Source of the DNA: a virus
Direction: 5' to 3' (one strand)
Length of the DNA stretch: 64,000 bases
Virus record (IMG/VR): IMGVR_UViG_3300028800_000002
Span: 64,001 to 128,000 of that record
This document shows, one piece after another, positions 8,776 to 18,465 of this stretch; within the stretch, counting starts at the first letter, position 1, and the number at the start of each line of letters is the position of its first letter. Made by a program: the position numbers and the translations under genes. The notes beneath the pieces were generated by a model. It saw only the letters and a list, made by a program, of their open reading frames with translations. It was not told where the DNA came from and ran no database searches.

Positions 8776-9756
8776 TCACTCTGTGACCATGATTTCTTGG
8801 TAACTTACTGCGTTTGCGATTAGCGACGGGATGTCCTCGAGAGGAACATCCGTGGGCTGAGGGTAGTCATACTCCACAATCCGCACGTGTGCTGAATGAA
8901 TTGCGAGCTCTTTGCTTACTTTGATGAACCCGTCGACGCCGGCATCGTCGTTGTCCAACATGAGAATGTAGGAGTCACCCATCTTCTCAAGCATCCACTT
9001 CTGCTCCCAACTCATGGTCTTGGTCATCAAGGCCACTACATTGGGGATGCCGGCCTGTGTGAGCCACATGCAAGCCTTGAATCCTTCTACGATAACGATG
9101 ACCGGGTCAATGAGCATTTGCACTTCCGCATAGACTCGGTGTGCATTCCAGAGCAGGTGGCTTTTTTCTGTGTCGTAGGCAGGGAGATCCCAGGCCTTGT
9201 ACTCTTCCTTGTAGATCTTGTACCGGCTACCGACCACATTTTCTGAGATGGCTCTGCCGCTGATACCCACCAGGTTGCCGGCTAAGTCACGCAGCGGGTA
9301 CGTGATCCTGCGGTGAACTGCGTCGACTCCCACGCCAAAGTCACGCAGTATTTCCTGCGAGAATCCATCAGCTAAAAGAGAACGCGGGCACTTATGGAAG
9401 ATGCCCAAGAGCTCTTCTGGTACCCGGCGATTGGTCTCCATGACGACCCCGGGTTTGGTTGGATCCGGAGGGGGTGGGGCATTTTTCTTCAGCTCATCGA
9501 GGGTGATCCCGTAATGGAATTGGATGTCCTGTTTGGACATACCCATCTTCGATAGGAAGCCTCGGAAGTTCCCCTTTTCCCCGCATGCGTAGCAGAGCCA
9601 AAGCCCAGTGTTGACGTCGATGGCAAAGGATGGGCTGGTGTCATCGTGAAACGGGCAGACGGCAACCAAGTTGTCAGGTCCCGCGTGGCGGACTTTGTGC
9701 AGCCGTTCGTATACTATCTGTTTTACTTGCGAGGTGGCATCAGATTCATAGGCCAT
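8776..9756 (-). CDS. dnaG: DnaG-type DNA primase
   Basis: CHC2 zinc finger CPFHDD...CYAC; Toprim IVEGFKA and LDNDDAG. Confidence 0.9.
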   Translation of the reverse strand: MAYESDATSQVKQIVYERLHKVRHAGPDNLVAVCPFHDDTSPSFAIDVNTGLWLCYACGEKGNFRGFLSKMGMSKQDIQFHYGITLDELKKNAPPPPDPTKPGVVMETNRRVPEELLGIFHKCPRSLLADGFSQEILRDFGVGVDAVHRRITYPLRDLAGNLVGISGRAISENVVGSRYKIYKEEYKAWDLPAYDTEKSHLLWNAHRVYAEVQMLIDPVIVIVEGFKACMWLTQAGIPNVVALMTKTMSWEQKWMLEKMGDSYILMLDNDDAGVDGFIKVSKELAIHSAHVRIVEYDYPQPTDVPLEDIPSLIANAVSYQEIMVTE

Positions 9757-11216
9757 TAGCGAGGCTTTCCGGCAAGGGTAGGCGTGGTGGCGAAGTGGAT
9801 AGGGTGGTCCTCTCTCTTTCTGGATTCGGAAGAGAGCTTTGACTTACTTGGTCCAGCAGCTTTTGCCAGCGCCGCCTGGCCGCTAGCCTTTTCGTCTTGT
9901 CTGTCGTCGCGAGCTTTTGCGCTTTCAATCTCCTTTGAGCTCAGGTTACGGATGTAGCTGAAGTCAGTTGCTGGTACACCGTAGATTTGGCAACCGTCGA
10001 AACGGAACTCGCGAGCACCGCCCACTACCATGGTGATCTTTGGCTTGTTGATGTCGGCATCTGGGTTGCCCTCGATCTCCTTTGGATCCTCATTGATAAC
10101 GCGGATGGCGGCTGTAACGTCCTGTCCGATAGCGTCTGAGTACGCTATTTCGTCGAGGTTCGCCCCTTTGTGCGCGGCTGCTGTGCGTGTGGCTTGCATG
10201 GTGACGACCAGAGGAGTTTTGGTTTCGAGGACCATCTGCCTGGCAGCCCTCGAGATGTTCTGGACTCGGAAGTTGTCCTTCTGTCCGCGTGATCCTTTGT
10301 TGTCGCTCATCAAGTAGAGACCGTCGATGAATACGATGTCCGGCTTGTAGCGCTTCACCTTGGAGGTCAACCATTCGATGGTGTCTCCGTTGTCGGTGTC
10401 TTTTCCGTCCAGACAAATCATGTCCTTGTTGTACCGGCGAACGTCCCTGGCTAACTCCAACAGCTGCGTTAGGCGAGCACGTTCGTAGTCCGACAGGCGT
10501 CCCATCCTGAAGTCTTGGTATGGCAATCGTTGTAGGCAGGCACCTACCCGTTTGAAGATGTTGTCTGCTGTCATTTCCTTGGTGTAGATCAATGGGACTT
10601 TCCCATCGTTGAACACATGGGCGATCATCTCGGCCAGAACCCAGGACTTTTTACTCTTTGGCCTGCCGTAGAGGACGATGTAGTCGTCCTGTTCAATGCC
10701 CCCCGATGCCACGTTGAATGGATCCCAGGGCCAAGTGCACACCGCCATATTGACCCCTGACTTCCGAAGGTCATGGTCAGTGATGGAGCGTTCGATGGAG
10801 TCTGCGAAGCTTACGTCATCGCGTTGGCCGTACCCAATGGACAGCACGTTTTGTTGAAGAAGATGTGCGCAGTTCGATGCTGTGACCACCGGATCGTCGT
10901 CCACATCGACGAGTGCTCGGGCGATTGACGCGTTGGTGCGCAGGTGGCGTTCCTTGCGAACCATCTTGAAGTACAACTCTAAGGTTGTTGTTGGATCATC
11001 GCAGAATACAAATTCAGGGAATTGGTCCTTTACAGCATTGATTCCCAACTGCCCGCCCCTATTCGAGCGGTCGCGATGTATTTGCTGCATCAGTTGAAAG
11101 ATGGCGACGCCTTCGCCTGTTTTGAAATCGTCTAGGCTAAGTCCTAGTTCCAGCGCTTTGTCTACAGCACCGTTCCTGATGATGTGACTTAGTAGCGCAT
11201 GTTCCTTGCTAGCCAT
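9756..11216 (-). CDS. dnaB: DnaB-like replicative helicase
   Basis: Walker A variant GRPKSKKS, YTKEM, Walker B IVFIDGLYL, TMQATR, YSDAIGQD; adjacent to primase. Confidence 0.85.
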   Translation of the reverse strand: MASKEHALLSHIIRNGAVDKALELGLSLDDFKTGEGVAIFQLMQQIHRDRSNRGGQLGINAVKDQFPEFVFCDDPTTTLELYFKMVRKERHLRTNASIARALVDVDDDPVVTASNCAHLLQQNVLSIGYGQRDDVSFADSIERSITDHDLRKSGVNMAVCTWPWDPFNVASGGIEQDDYIVLYGRPKSKKSWVLAEMIAHVFNDGKVPLIYTKEMTADNIFKRVGACLQRLPYQDFRMGRLSDYERARLTQLLELARDVRRYNKDMICLDGKDTDNGDTIEWLTSKVKRYKPDIVFIDGLYLMSDNKGSRGQKDNFRVQNISRAARQMVLETKTPLVVTMQATRTAAAHKGANLDEIAYSDAIGQDVTAAIRVINEDPKEIEGNPDADINKPKITMVVGGAREFRFDGCQIYGVPATDFSYIRNLSSKEIESAKARDDRQDEKASGQAALAKAAGPSKSKLSSESRKREDHPIHFATTPTLAGKPR

Positions 11217-11249
11217 GCTGCGGTCTCCGTTGCTGAAAAGGGGAAGTGA

Positions 11250-11340
11250 TACTGCGATTAGGCCAAGGTGACGTCAACCTAATCGCAGTAGACCACAACA
11301 TGTTGTGCATGTTGTCACGTATGGCACCAAGCGCTGGTGC
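11250..11340. repeat. cluster of three palindromes in the dnaB upstream intergenic region
   Basis: 13-bp perfect inverted repeat TACTGCGATTAGG (11250-11262) / CCTAATCGCAGTA (11278-11290); 14-bp palindrome CACAACATGTTGTG (11294-11307); GCACCA/TGGTGC (11324-11340). Confidence 0.85.
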
Positions 11341-11341
11341 G

Positions 11342-11677
11342 TTAGACTGATGGAGCTTCGTTAGCAGTAGTTGCGTGCTCGCCTATTCCTTCAGGCGGCT
11401 TGCTGGCTAACGAACCAAAGGCAGTCGGGGATGCTGAGTCGGTTACGAAGACTACCTCTGCGATATCCTGCTCCATGCAGTCCTTTAGGTGCGCCAACGC
11501 CTCCATGGTATCTTTCGACCATCTGGAATGGACGCTGGTTTCTCCATAGGTGTTACCAGTTTTCATGTTTACGAAGGCAGCGTGCCCAGTGAGGCTAGGG
11601 GCAGCGCTGGCGAAACTTATCGCATCGATGTCGAGTAGCGTAACGGCGTCAAACGCCGGTGTTCCTTGTACTGGCAT
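11342..11677 (-). CDS. hypothetical protein (111 aa)
   Basis: ORF co-oriented and packed in the operon. Confidence 0.6.
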   Translation of the reverse strand: MPVQGTPAFDAVTLLDIDAISFASAAPSLTGHAAFVNMKTGNTYGETSVHSRWSKDTMEALAHLKDCMEQDIAEVVFVTDSASPTAFGSLASKPPEGIGEHATTANEAPSV

Positions 11678-11679
11678 GG

Positions 11680-11976
11680 TTACCCTGTCTTGCTTCCGTT
11701 GAATTCCGCCCAGCTGTCGCGGAGGAGCTCAAGCGCTTTTGCAAATGCAAGCTCCCCCGCCTTATTGATGACTGCTTCCCTTTGGTCACAGGCCAGGCTG
11801 ACTGTGACCGAGACTTTCATGGAGCCGAAATCTAGGCTCTCCGATAGACCGATGGCTACTCGGGCTGGGTCCTTTGCACCCTTGGAAAGCAACTTTGTGT
11901 AGGCGTCTCCGGTGATTTGCCCAGTCTCAGAGACAGCGCCCTCAGCCCCTTCTCTGACTTTGCTGTAGTTGCTCAT
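11680..11976 (-). CDS. hypothetical protein (98 aa)
   Basis: Start reassigned to ATG 11976 (ATGA overlap with the upstream stop). Confidence 0.6.
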   Translation of the reverse strand: MSNYSKVREGAEGAVSETGQITGDAYTKLLSKGAKDPARVAIGLSESLDFGSMKVSVTVSLACDQREAVINKAGELAFAKALELLRDSWAEFNGSKTG

Positions 11977-12446
11977 ACGATGTTGATTGGGTCGGGCTTG
12001 TGGTAGCTGCGGCTGACTGTTCTGAAGTACTGGATGCACTCCTTGGGTATCTTGCCGTTGGCAATTGCGGCGTCTACGATGGCTGGGTCGACCTTGAGCA
12101 CTTCAACTTTGCTCGTTGATCCACCGCATTGTAGAAATAGTTCTTCGCCAATCTCGTCACGCATCTTAGCTGCATCGTACTTGGTACTGACCGAGAAGTT
12201 CTCGAAAGGACCGCAGGTAACTTCTCTTGTCCGCACTACATTTGAGGCTATCTCTAGCGCTGTGTTGTATCGATCAACTAGATCAGCTAATCGAATGAAG
12301 ACCTCAGGGTTTTCCGCCTTGATGGCTTCAATTTCCTGTCGTAGGTCGACCACCTCCTGTACTTCTGGGATTTCCGTGATCGGGATCCGTTGGGCTTTCG
12401 TAGGAGTGGGACCACTTGTAATTGCACCGCGTTTTTTACTGGCCAT
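11973..12446 (-). CDS. hypothetical protein (157 aa; weak Gam-like appearance)
   Basis: GAGGA SD; helical N-half, VLKVDPAIVDAAIANGKI C-terminus. Gam-like label is only an impression. Confidence 0.6.
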   Translation of the reverse strand: MASKKRGAITSGPTPTKAQRIPITEIPEVQEVVDLRQEIEAIKAENPEVFIRLADLVDRYNTALEIASNVVRTREVTCGPFENFSVSTKYDAAKMRDEIGEELFLQCGGSTSKVEVLKVDPAIVDAAIANGKIPKECIQYFRTVSRSYHKPDPINIV

Positions 12447-13341
12447 TATTCTCGTCCTCTATTTCCATCTCATCAAGTATGTCCTCAGGGACGTCCATTG
12501 CGTAGGATTCAGGGATTACTCCTTCAGTCTCTTCGTAGTAACGGTCGTAGATCATCTTTGCCAAGAGCATGTCGCTCGTGAACTCACGGAAGATGTTCCC
12601 ATCGGTTGTGTCGTGCCTACTGTCGTACACCGTGGCAATGTCAAAGGTTGGAACCATGATGTATCGAACCTTGTTCTGTTCGATTGGAGTTACCCTGACT
12701 CCTTTGACTACTCTCCCCCATTCGTGCTTCTTTGGGGAGACTATTGCGCGCGACCCAGCGCCGGGTATCTGCACTTCCAGTGGGTTGCCGCGAAGCTTTT
12801 TGATATTCACGGAATACCCAGCTAAGAAAGAAGCGGCTGGTTGCCCCATGGCCACGATGATGATCGGGTCGATGCTGTAGATTTCTTGAAATAAGCGCGG
12901 GGAGCACTTCTCAAGTTGTGCAGCTGTCGGCGGTTGCTCTTGGTAAATGATTCCTCCAGGTCTCCCATTTCTCTCTGGATACATCTTGGGAGATCCGTCA
13001 TTTCCTAGGACTGGGGCACATGCTCTGCAGGCGGTCAGGTTGGTGATGTAGTAGTTTTTTATGCGGTAGTGGTCCATGCATTTGCGCAATAGGCGACCAC
13101 CCTTGTCATCGATGTATGGCCTCCCATAGCGCTCGTCGATGTTGCTAGGACTTCTGCCCAGGAATAGGATTCCGCGCTCTTTACCTTCCCCGAATACTAC
13201 CTGCCCGGCGTTGGCCTGCCGTTGCTTTCCTAGCTCGCATTTACTGCAGTTACCCCACTCTTGTTCCAGCACTTGAATGGGTTTGCTGAAGTCTGGGATG
13301 AAAGCAGGCGTTTCGCTACCGATTGATGAGTCCTCTGCCAT
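12436..13341 (-). CDS. family-4 uracil-DNA glycosylase-like Fe-S protein with altered active-site motifs
   Basis: CSKCEL...VVFGEG...LFLGRSPS...GRPY...YITNLTACR...CSPRLFQEI..DPIIIVAMG; start ATG 13341 with GGAG SD. Confidence 0.75.
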   Translation of the reverse strand: MAEDSSIGSETPAFIPDFSKPIQVLEQEWGNCSKCELGKQRQANAGQVVFGEGKERGILFLGRSPSNIDERYGRPYIDDKGGRLLRKCMDHYRIKNYYITNLTACRACAPVLGNDGSPKMYPERNGRPGGIIYQEQPPTAAQLEKCSPRLFQEIYSIDPIIIVAMGQPAASFLAGYSVNIKKLRGNPLEVQIPGAGSRAIVSPKKHEWGRVVKGVRVTPIEQNKVRYIMVPTFDIATVYDSRHDTTDGNIFREFTSDMLLAKMIYDRYYEETEGVIPESYAMDVPEDILDEMEIEDENNGQ

Positions 13342-13810
13342 TCTGGTCTCCAGGCAAGTTTGTAGCCAGCACAATGTTGGAGTTACGTGCGCTGCGCTCT
13401 TTGGCTGCTGCCTCCGCTGAGTCTATCGCCTTTTTGATGAAGTCCTTGTACTGGGTGTAGTCTCCGCCTTTTGCGTCAAGGTCCTCAAGGTAGTACAGTT
13501 GCGCTCCCGTTAGATTGAACTGCACCGGGCATGGGCAGAGCGTTGAATCCATCCTGGACGAGTAATGAAGTTTGCCCATGCGTGTTCCACCGCTTTGTAG
13601 TGGTGTCATTTGCATCGGGCACCCGTAGTCAAAGCACGTGAGGCACTTGAGAAGCCCACCGCGCCCATGGACTTCATCGATGTATTCTCGCGATCCGATA
13701 GCCTGTGCGATGAACTTCCCAGTAGTGCAAGTGAGAATTACCCAATGCACTTTTATGGCTGCCGTCTCGGTACCCATAGATCTGTTGTCTGCTGCGCTGC
13801 TTGATTCCAT
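13316..13810 (-). CDS. hypothetical protein (about 164 aa)
   Basis: ORF with AAGGA SD before ATG 13810; start uncertain (13777 is an alternative). Confidence 0.55.
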   Translation of the reverse strand: MESSSAADNRSMGTETAAIKVHWVILTCTTGKFIAQAIGSREYIDEVHGRGGLLKCLTCFDYGCPMQMTPLQSGGTRMGKLHYSSRMDSTLCPCPVQFNLTGAQLYYLEDLDAKGGDYTQYKDFIKKAIDSAEAAAKERSARNSNIVLATNLPGDQNGRGLINR

Positions 13811-15534
13811 GCTGAATTTCCTTGTCTTCTTAGGGTTGCTGGGTGGCCAATGAGCTTGTACCTGAAGGGCCCGCCTTCTTCGACGGGCCAATCACGCAAG
13901 TGTCTCCGAAGTTTTCGGCATTGGCTGATGAGGGGTCCTAGGTCGTCTTCGAGGAACACGAGCTCAGAGTGCTTTTTATCCCTGGGGCGTCCCATGATCT
14001 GCTGCAAGGTATTCTTGTCCGACATGGGCTCGCTGACCACGATGGCTGAGAGGTTTTTATCGTCCAGCCCTTCCTTGCCGTACTTCATGATGGCAAAAAT
14101 GACCTTGCGCTCACGCAGCATCTTGAAACGGTCCTCTGGCTTTACTGCCTCTGTGAATAGCCCTGAGTCGCTCTTCATCGTGAGGAGTTCTTTGAGAAAT
14201 TCCCGTTGTCTCTGCCGGTATAGTCGCTCAGTCTTTCTCCAAATTTCAAATTGTTGCAGTATCAGCACGTAGCTATCCCTGCGTTCCTCGAACGCTGCGC
14301 GCTTCGCCGGCGGTAGCGTACTTCTGGTCAGATTTCTTTCTATCTCGGCAAGCGTTGTGGCTAACTTCTGCGCCGCCTTTGGGGTTAGTGCAATGGGCAG
14401 TAATTGCTCGCCGACCTCGGTCGGAGTTGGGTATGGGATGTCCGAGTACAGTAGCGTGCTTGGATCTTGCCTGGACCAAAGCGTCATGAGGTTGATAACT
14501 TCATCTACAGAGTACGACAGTACTAGGACCTTGTGCTTGGCATCCACCAGCCGTTGTACTTCGGGCAACACCGTGCAGGTCAATCGCTCGCGGTTATTCC
14601 CAAAGTGGCTTGCGATCTTTCCCAGATGCAACTCACCGTTCTTGTCGAACACTTCCTTCTTCACTTTCTTGTCTTCCAGGTCAAGCTTGTGACCAGTCCA
14701 CTTGAAGGAAATGGCTGGTGGGCAATTCTGTATGACGTCTTTGAAGATGATTTCCCCCACGTGGTGCTGGCAGATTACGTGGGATCCATCATTGCGCCAA
14801 GGGGTGGCAGTGAGTGCCAAGCGGTACCCATAGAAGAGTGGCGCTGACTTTGAGAAGGTGGGTGCATTGACGTGGTGACCTTCGTCCCAAACTACAAGTC
14901 CAAACCTTCTCCTGATTCTCTCAGGCATTGTGTCGGCCCAGCGTGCCAGCGTTTGGTAGGTGGCCATTACAATGGCCTTGTCCCAGTCCTTGGTTTGTCC
15001 CTGTATGAGACCGATGCCCCCAGGAACTATCAGGTGCTTGTCTATTTCTTCCTGCCATTGACGGAGCAGATGCGTGTTGTCTACTGCGATGATGGTGGGC
15101 ACCTGAAGTATGGAGCTAAAGTGAAGAGCAACGACTGTCTTCCCCTTCCCGCACGCCAACTGGAGGGTTCCTCCGTTGGCGAGCAAGAGAGCTTCTATTG
15201 CACGTGACTGTAAATCGCTGCCGGTTTGTTGTAGTAACCCGCCAGGTCCTGGCTTCATATCCAGGCACACCTTGCTTTGAACCCCTGTTCGTCGGAAGGA
15301 CTTGGGCCTGCAGTCAATGCAGGTGAAGTTCAAATCCTCAGGTTTCCAGAATGCGCGTGGAACGACTAGGTGGTGTTCCGATTCATCCCAGAGCTGGAGA
15401 GTTTTTACTTCGTCCCTTTCGGAGATCTCAAACTCGAGGGCGTTCTTCACGCCCTCTACGTTGATTTGACTCTTGGGTACATGCAGCATGGTGTCGATGT
15501 ACCCTAGGTTCGGATCACGCCTAATGAGCTTCAT
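13753..15534 (-). CDS. superfamily 2 (DExH) helicase, UvsW/XPB-like
   Basis: LACGKGKT, VWDEGHH, LTATP, KEGLD, QIMGR motifs. Confidence 0.85.
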   Translation of the reverse strand: MKLIRRDPNLGYIDTMLHVPKSQINVEGVKNALEFEISERDEVKTLQLWDESEHHLVVPRAFWKPEDLNFTCIDCRPKSFRRTGVQSKVCLDMKPGPGGLLQQTGSDLQSRAIEALLLANGGTLQLACGKGKTVVALHFSSILQVPTIIAVDNTHLLRQWQEEIDKHLIVPGGIGLIQGQTKDWDKAIVMATYQTLARWADTMPERIRRRFGLVVWDEGHHVNAPTFSKSAPLFYGYRLALTATPWRNDGSHVICQHHVGEIIFKDVIQNCPPAISFKWTGHKLDLEDKKVKKEVFDKNGELHLGKIASHFGNNRERLTCTVLPEVQRLVDAKHKVLVLSYSVDEVINLMTLWSRQDPSTLLYSDIPYPTPTEVGEQLLPIALTPKAAQKLATTLAEIERNLTRSTLPPAKRAAFEERRDSYVLILQQFEIWRKTERLYRQRQREFLKELLTMKSDSGLFTEAVKPEDRFKMLRERKVIFAIMKYGKEGLDDKNLSAIVVSEPMSDKNTLQQIMGRPRDKKHSELVFLEDDLGPLISQCRKLRRHLRDWPVEEGGPFRYKLIGHPATLRRQGNSAWNQAAQQTTDLWVPRRQP

Positions 15535-15542
15535 TGGGAGTC

Positions 15543-16073
15543 TTATCCCTCGTTCGGTTTATTTCCTCCACCACCAAATATCTGATTGTCGAAGAAGCTG
15601 CTAATGGTGTGGCCTACGGATTTCCCGATAGACCGAGTTACTTCGATGGCAAGTCGCCTGCCGATGCTTTGCCCTGGGACTACTGGCTGAGGCACTGATA
15701 GGTACGGCGGCATGTAGTGGTTCACCGGCATCATCTGCTGATATGCCTGCCCACTATGCGGCTGTCCTGGCTGCGGGTACGCGGTTGGCTGATACGGTGG
15801 GCTCCATTGGGGTCGGGGGACGGGTTGACTATATGGCACAGCTGGTCTTGTCAAGTTGGCTGTTGGTACATGCACCGTATTGCCTGCATTCCTTACGGCC
15901 TGCAGGTGCGAGGCGCAGGATGACGCGAAACTACATCTGTCCCTTACGTGGCTTCCATTCTCCTCGTTCAAAAACGCTGGATCGTGTCCTCCTACACATT
16001 CAGCGGCTGCGCTGCTGTACTGCTTGCCGAAGCATCCTGGTTTTTCGTCCACTACTTGGTTCAATTTCAGCAT
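15543..16073 (-). CDS. hypothetical protein (Cys-containing N-terminus, Pro/Gln/Tyr-rich linker)
   Basis: AAGGAG SD; first gene of the leftward block. Confidence 0.65.
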   Translation of the reverse strand: MLKLNQVVDEKPGCFGKQYSSAAAECVGGHDPAFLNEENGSHVRDRCSFASSCASHLQAVRNAGNTVHVPTANLTRPAVPYSQPVPRPQWSPPYQPTAYPQPGQPHSGQAYQQMMPVNHYMPPYLSVPQPVVPGQSIGRRLAIEVTRSIGKSVGHTISSFFDNQIFGGGGNKPNEG

Positions 16074-16232
16074 GATTCTCCTTAGTGCTACCGGCGTATC
16101 CTCTGCTCTAGTTCTCTTTTCCCAGTTCTTCTGTGTTGTTTGCAGGTCTTGCCCCCGATATTCCCCTAAACCTGAAGACCTAGTACTATTTCAATGGTAT
16201 AAACTCCTAGTTGCGCTAACGGAGAAGCATCG

Positions 16233-17684
16233 ATGCACACCACTGGACTGGTTCTAGACTTGTACGACAACCCCAGCGACCTTGGGACCATCTTTCCCTC
16301 GTTGGATGAAGTTCCCGAGACTGTGAAGACCGCCCAAGCCTTGACACCGACCATGCTGGAGTCTTTGCCGGACGATGTATTTGCCCTGGTACTACTGACG
16401 GACGGGGATCGCTTGCGCAAGTATGCCTGTGTGGACGCTGGCAATACTGAATTGAACGTCGCTTACTTCTTCAAGCATGGGCACAAGTTACCCGCTGATG
16501 TTCAGCGCCGAGCCGCGGAGAACTTGAAGATAGCCTGTGCTTGGTACGATGTTGAAGTCCCTGAGGCTCTTGAGAAGGTGGCCCTCGGCGTGAATACGGT
16601 ATTGACCGCTGTGACAGCCCCGTCTCAGATCAAAGGGGCCGTGGGACAGACTGGCAGGAACTTGGCTGCTACTGGGGCGGCCGGTGGACAGGTACTGACT
16701 CCCAAGAACCAGGCATCTCTCGGTCACATGCTCAAGGGAGCTGAAGCTACAGGCACCAGCCTTATGCCAGTGCAGCCGCCCGGCGATTTGGCCCTTGCCA
16801 GCGTTCGGGGCAGACCGGGGACTAGCAACACCAGCGTTATGAAATCCGCCGGTGCTGGTCATCTTGTCGATGGGCATCGAGGTGACGTACCGCCAGAGCT
16901 CGAGACAACTCGTGGGGCCGCCGGCGAGCAGTACGAGAGCGCGCCGCAGACGCCGAAGACCACCATGAAGCCGCACATTGGCATCATGAACAAGGAGCCA
17001 CCAAAGCTCATCAGCGAAAAAGAAGCCTCGCGGTATGCGTACAACGGGGTATTCCCGCTTGATAGCTACGTGCAGGTGAAGGCTGCCTCCATGTACTTCG
17101 ACGCGCAGCATGGCGCCATGGATCCGGGGATGCGTCGAGAGTTTGCTTCCAACTTGGTGCCTCGAGCTATGGAATTGGGCATCGCGTTCAGCAAGGAAGC
17201 CGCCGCTTATGGGTCAAGTACCTTCGCCTCTGTGGAGCAAATTCAAGTAGGGCATGATTTGCGCGTAAACCAGCTCCTGGAAAAGCAGGCTGCTGTGCTC
17301 GACACACTTTACAGTCATCGCGAGGAACTTGGGCCAGAGTTGTTCTGCGACTCACTTGCAGAGTTCGATAAGCTTGCGGAGATAGACCACTTGTACGACC
17401 GGGCCATCTTCGATCCATACATCTCTACGTACGGAGTGCAGAAGCAGGCGGCAGAGAGCGGGAACACTTGGGTCAATGGCAATGACTACGTGACTGAGCG
17501 GCAAATCTCCAATTACTCAGTCACCGCGGGGATTACATTAGCCGATGATTACGGGCCTGACTTCAAGAAAGAGTTCATGAAGGACCCCTGGGGTATCTTC
17601 ATGTCTTTGCCCTTAGAGCAAAAGCGGCGTATGGCTCGATCTGCTACCGACAATAGCGCAACGGGTCTACATGACGTCCAATGA
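16233..17684 (+). CDS. putative head-associated protein with repeated K-x-A motifs
   Basis: GGAG SD; VKTAQ, EKVAL, MKSAG, EKEAS, SKEAA, EKQAA, QKQAA; same operon as portal. Confidence 0.7.
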   Translation: MHTTGLVLDLYDNPSDLGTIFPSLDEVPETVKTAQALTPTMLESLPDDVFALVLLTDGDRLRKYACVDAGNTELNVAYFFKHGHKLPADVQRRAAENLKIACAWYDVEVPEALEKVALGVNTVLTAVTAPSQIKGAVGQTGRNLAATGAAGGQVLTPKNQASLGHMLKGAEATGTSLMPVQPPGDLALASVRGRPGTSNTSVMKSAGAGHLVDGHRGDVPPELETTRGAAGEQYESAPQTPKTTMKPHIGIMNKEPPKLISEKEASRYAYNGVFPLDSYVQVKAASMYFDAQHGAMDPGMRREFASNLVPRAMELGIAFSKEAAAYGSSTFASVEQIQVGHDLRVNQLLEKQAAVLDTLYSHREELGPELFCDSLAEFDKLAEIDHLYDRAIFDPYISTYGVQKQAAESGNTWVNGNDYVTERQISNYSVTAGITLADDYGPDFKKEFMKDPWGIFMSLPLEQKRRMARSATDNSATGLHDVQ

Positions 17685-18465
17685 TGGTATCTATGAGCGT
17701 GTCCTTTCAAAAGTTCGTACTGACAAGCTCGTTGAAGAGGACCCGACTATCGTAGTTGAAACTACGCAGGTGGATGACCGCGTCAATCCTACTGAGCCTG
17801 CGGCAGCGGAGCAGAAGACAAAGTCAGCCGCCGTGACGTTGGACAATCTGTTCAGGAATCCCGAATCCCACCCATTGCTTTTGGACTTAGCCCTTCTGGA
17901 CAAGTATGGGTCCGAGTGGTTGGGGTGGGAGCTTGAGACGTTATTGACTCGCGTGCAGCAGGATTTCCGCACGCCGACCATCGCAGAGATCAACGTGGAG
18001 AAGTTGCACGCGTGCATGACGCTGCACTTGGTCGATACCTTCTGGGAGCGCTGGGAGGTATTTTTGCATTGTTGCTCGGCGTTCAACGGCACCTTTGCCG
18101 ACTTCCACAGCATGCAGATCCCTGAAGTTGCCGAGTGCCTTTTGGCAGTCGACATTGCCAATCGCATTCGAGACGACATGCAATGGAGCGGCGAGGTCAA
18201 GACGTATCTGAAAGCAGTGCATATTTACCGCGGGGAAGTATTCCCGCTGCCCCCTATGGACTTTGTGCAGGTGGATGTGTCGGAGCTCCCAGTGGATGCA
18301 GCTGCCGTGAGGTCGAAGTGGCCACTGGTGAAAGCATCAGGGCGCGCGCCGCGCGGGGAGACTGCCGAGGATGTGCAGCTACGTAAGATGCTTGCTTCTT
18401 GGCAGTACTTGGAGCTTCATCGGCATAGGTTGGAAACTCAACTGCAGGTTCTTCGCCATGTTTGA
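17671..18465 (+). CDS. hypothetical protein (264 aa)
   Basis: Overlaps neighbours at both ends, typical operon packing. Confidence 0.7.
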   Translation: MTSNDGIYERVLSKVRTDKLVEEDPTIVVETTQVDDRVNPTEPAAAEQKTKSAAVTLDNLFRNPESHPLLLDLALLDKYGSEWLGWELETLLTRVQQDFRTPTIAEINVEKLHACMTLHLVDTFWERWEVFLHCCSAFNGTFADFHSMQIPEVAECLLAVDIANRIRDDMQWSGEVKTYLKAVHIYRGEVFPLPPMDFVQVDVSELPVDAAAVRSKWPLVKASGRAPRGETAEDVQLRKMLASWQYLELHRHRLETQLQVLRHV

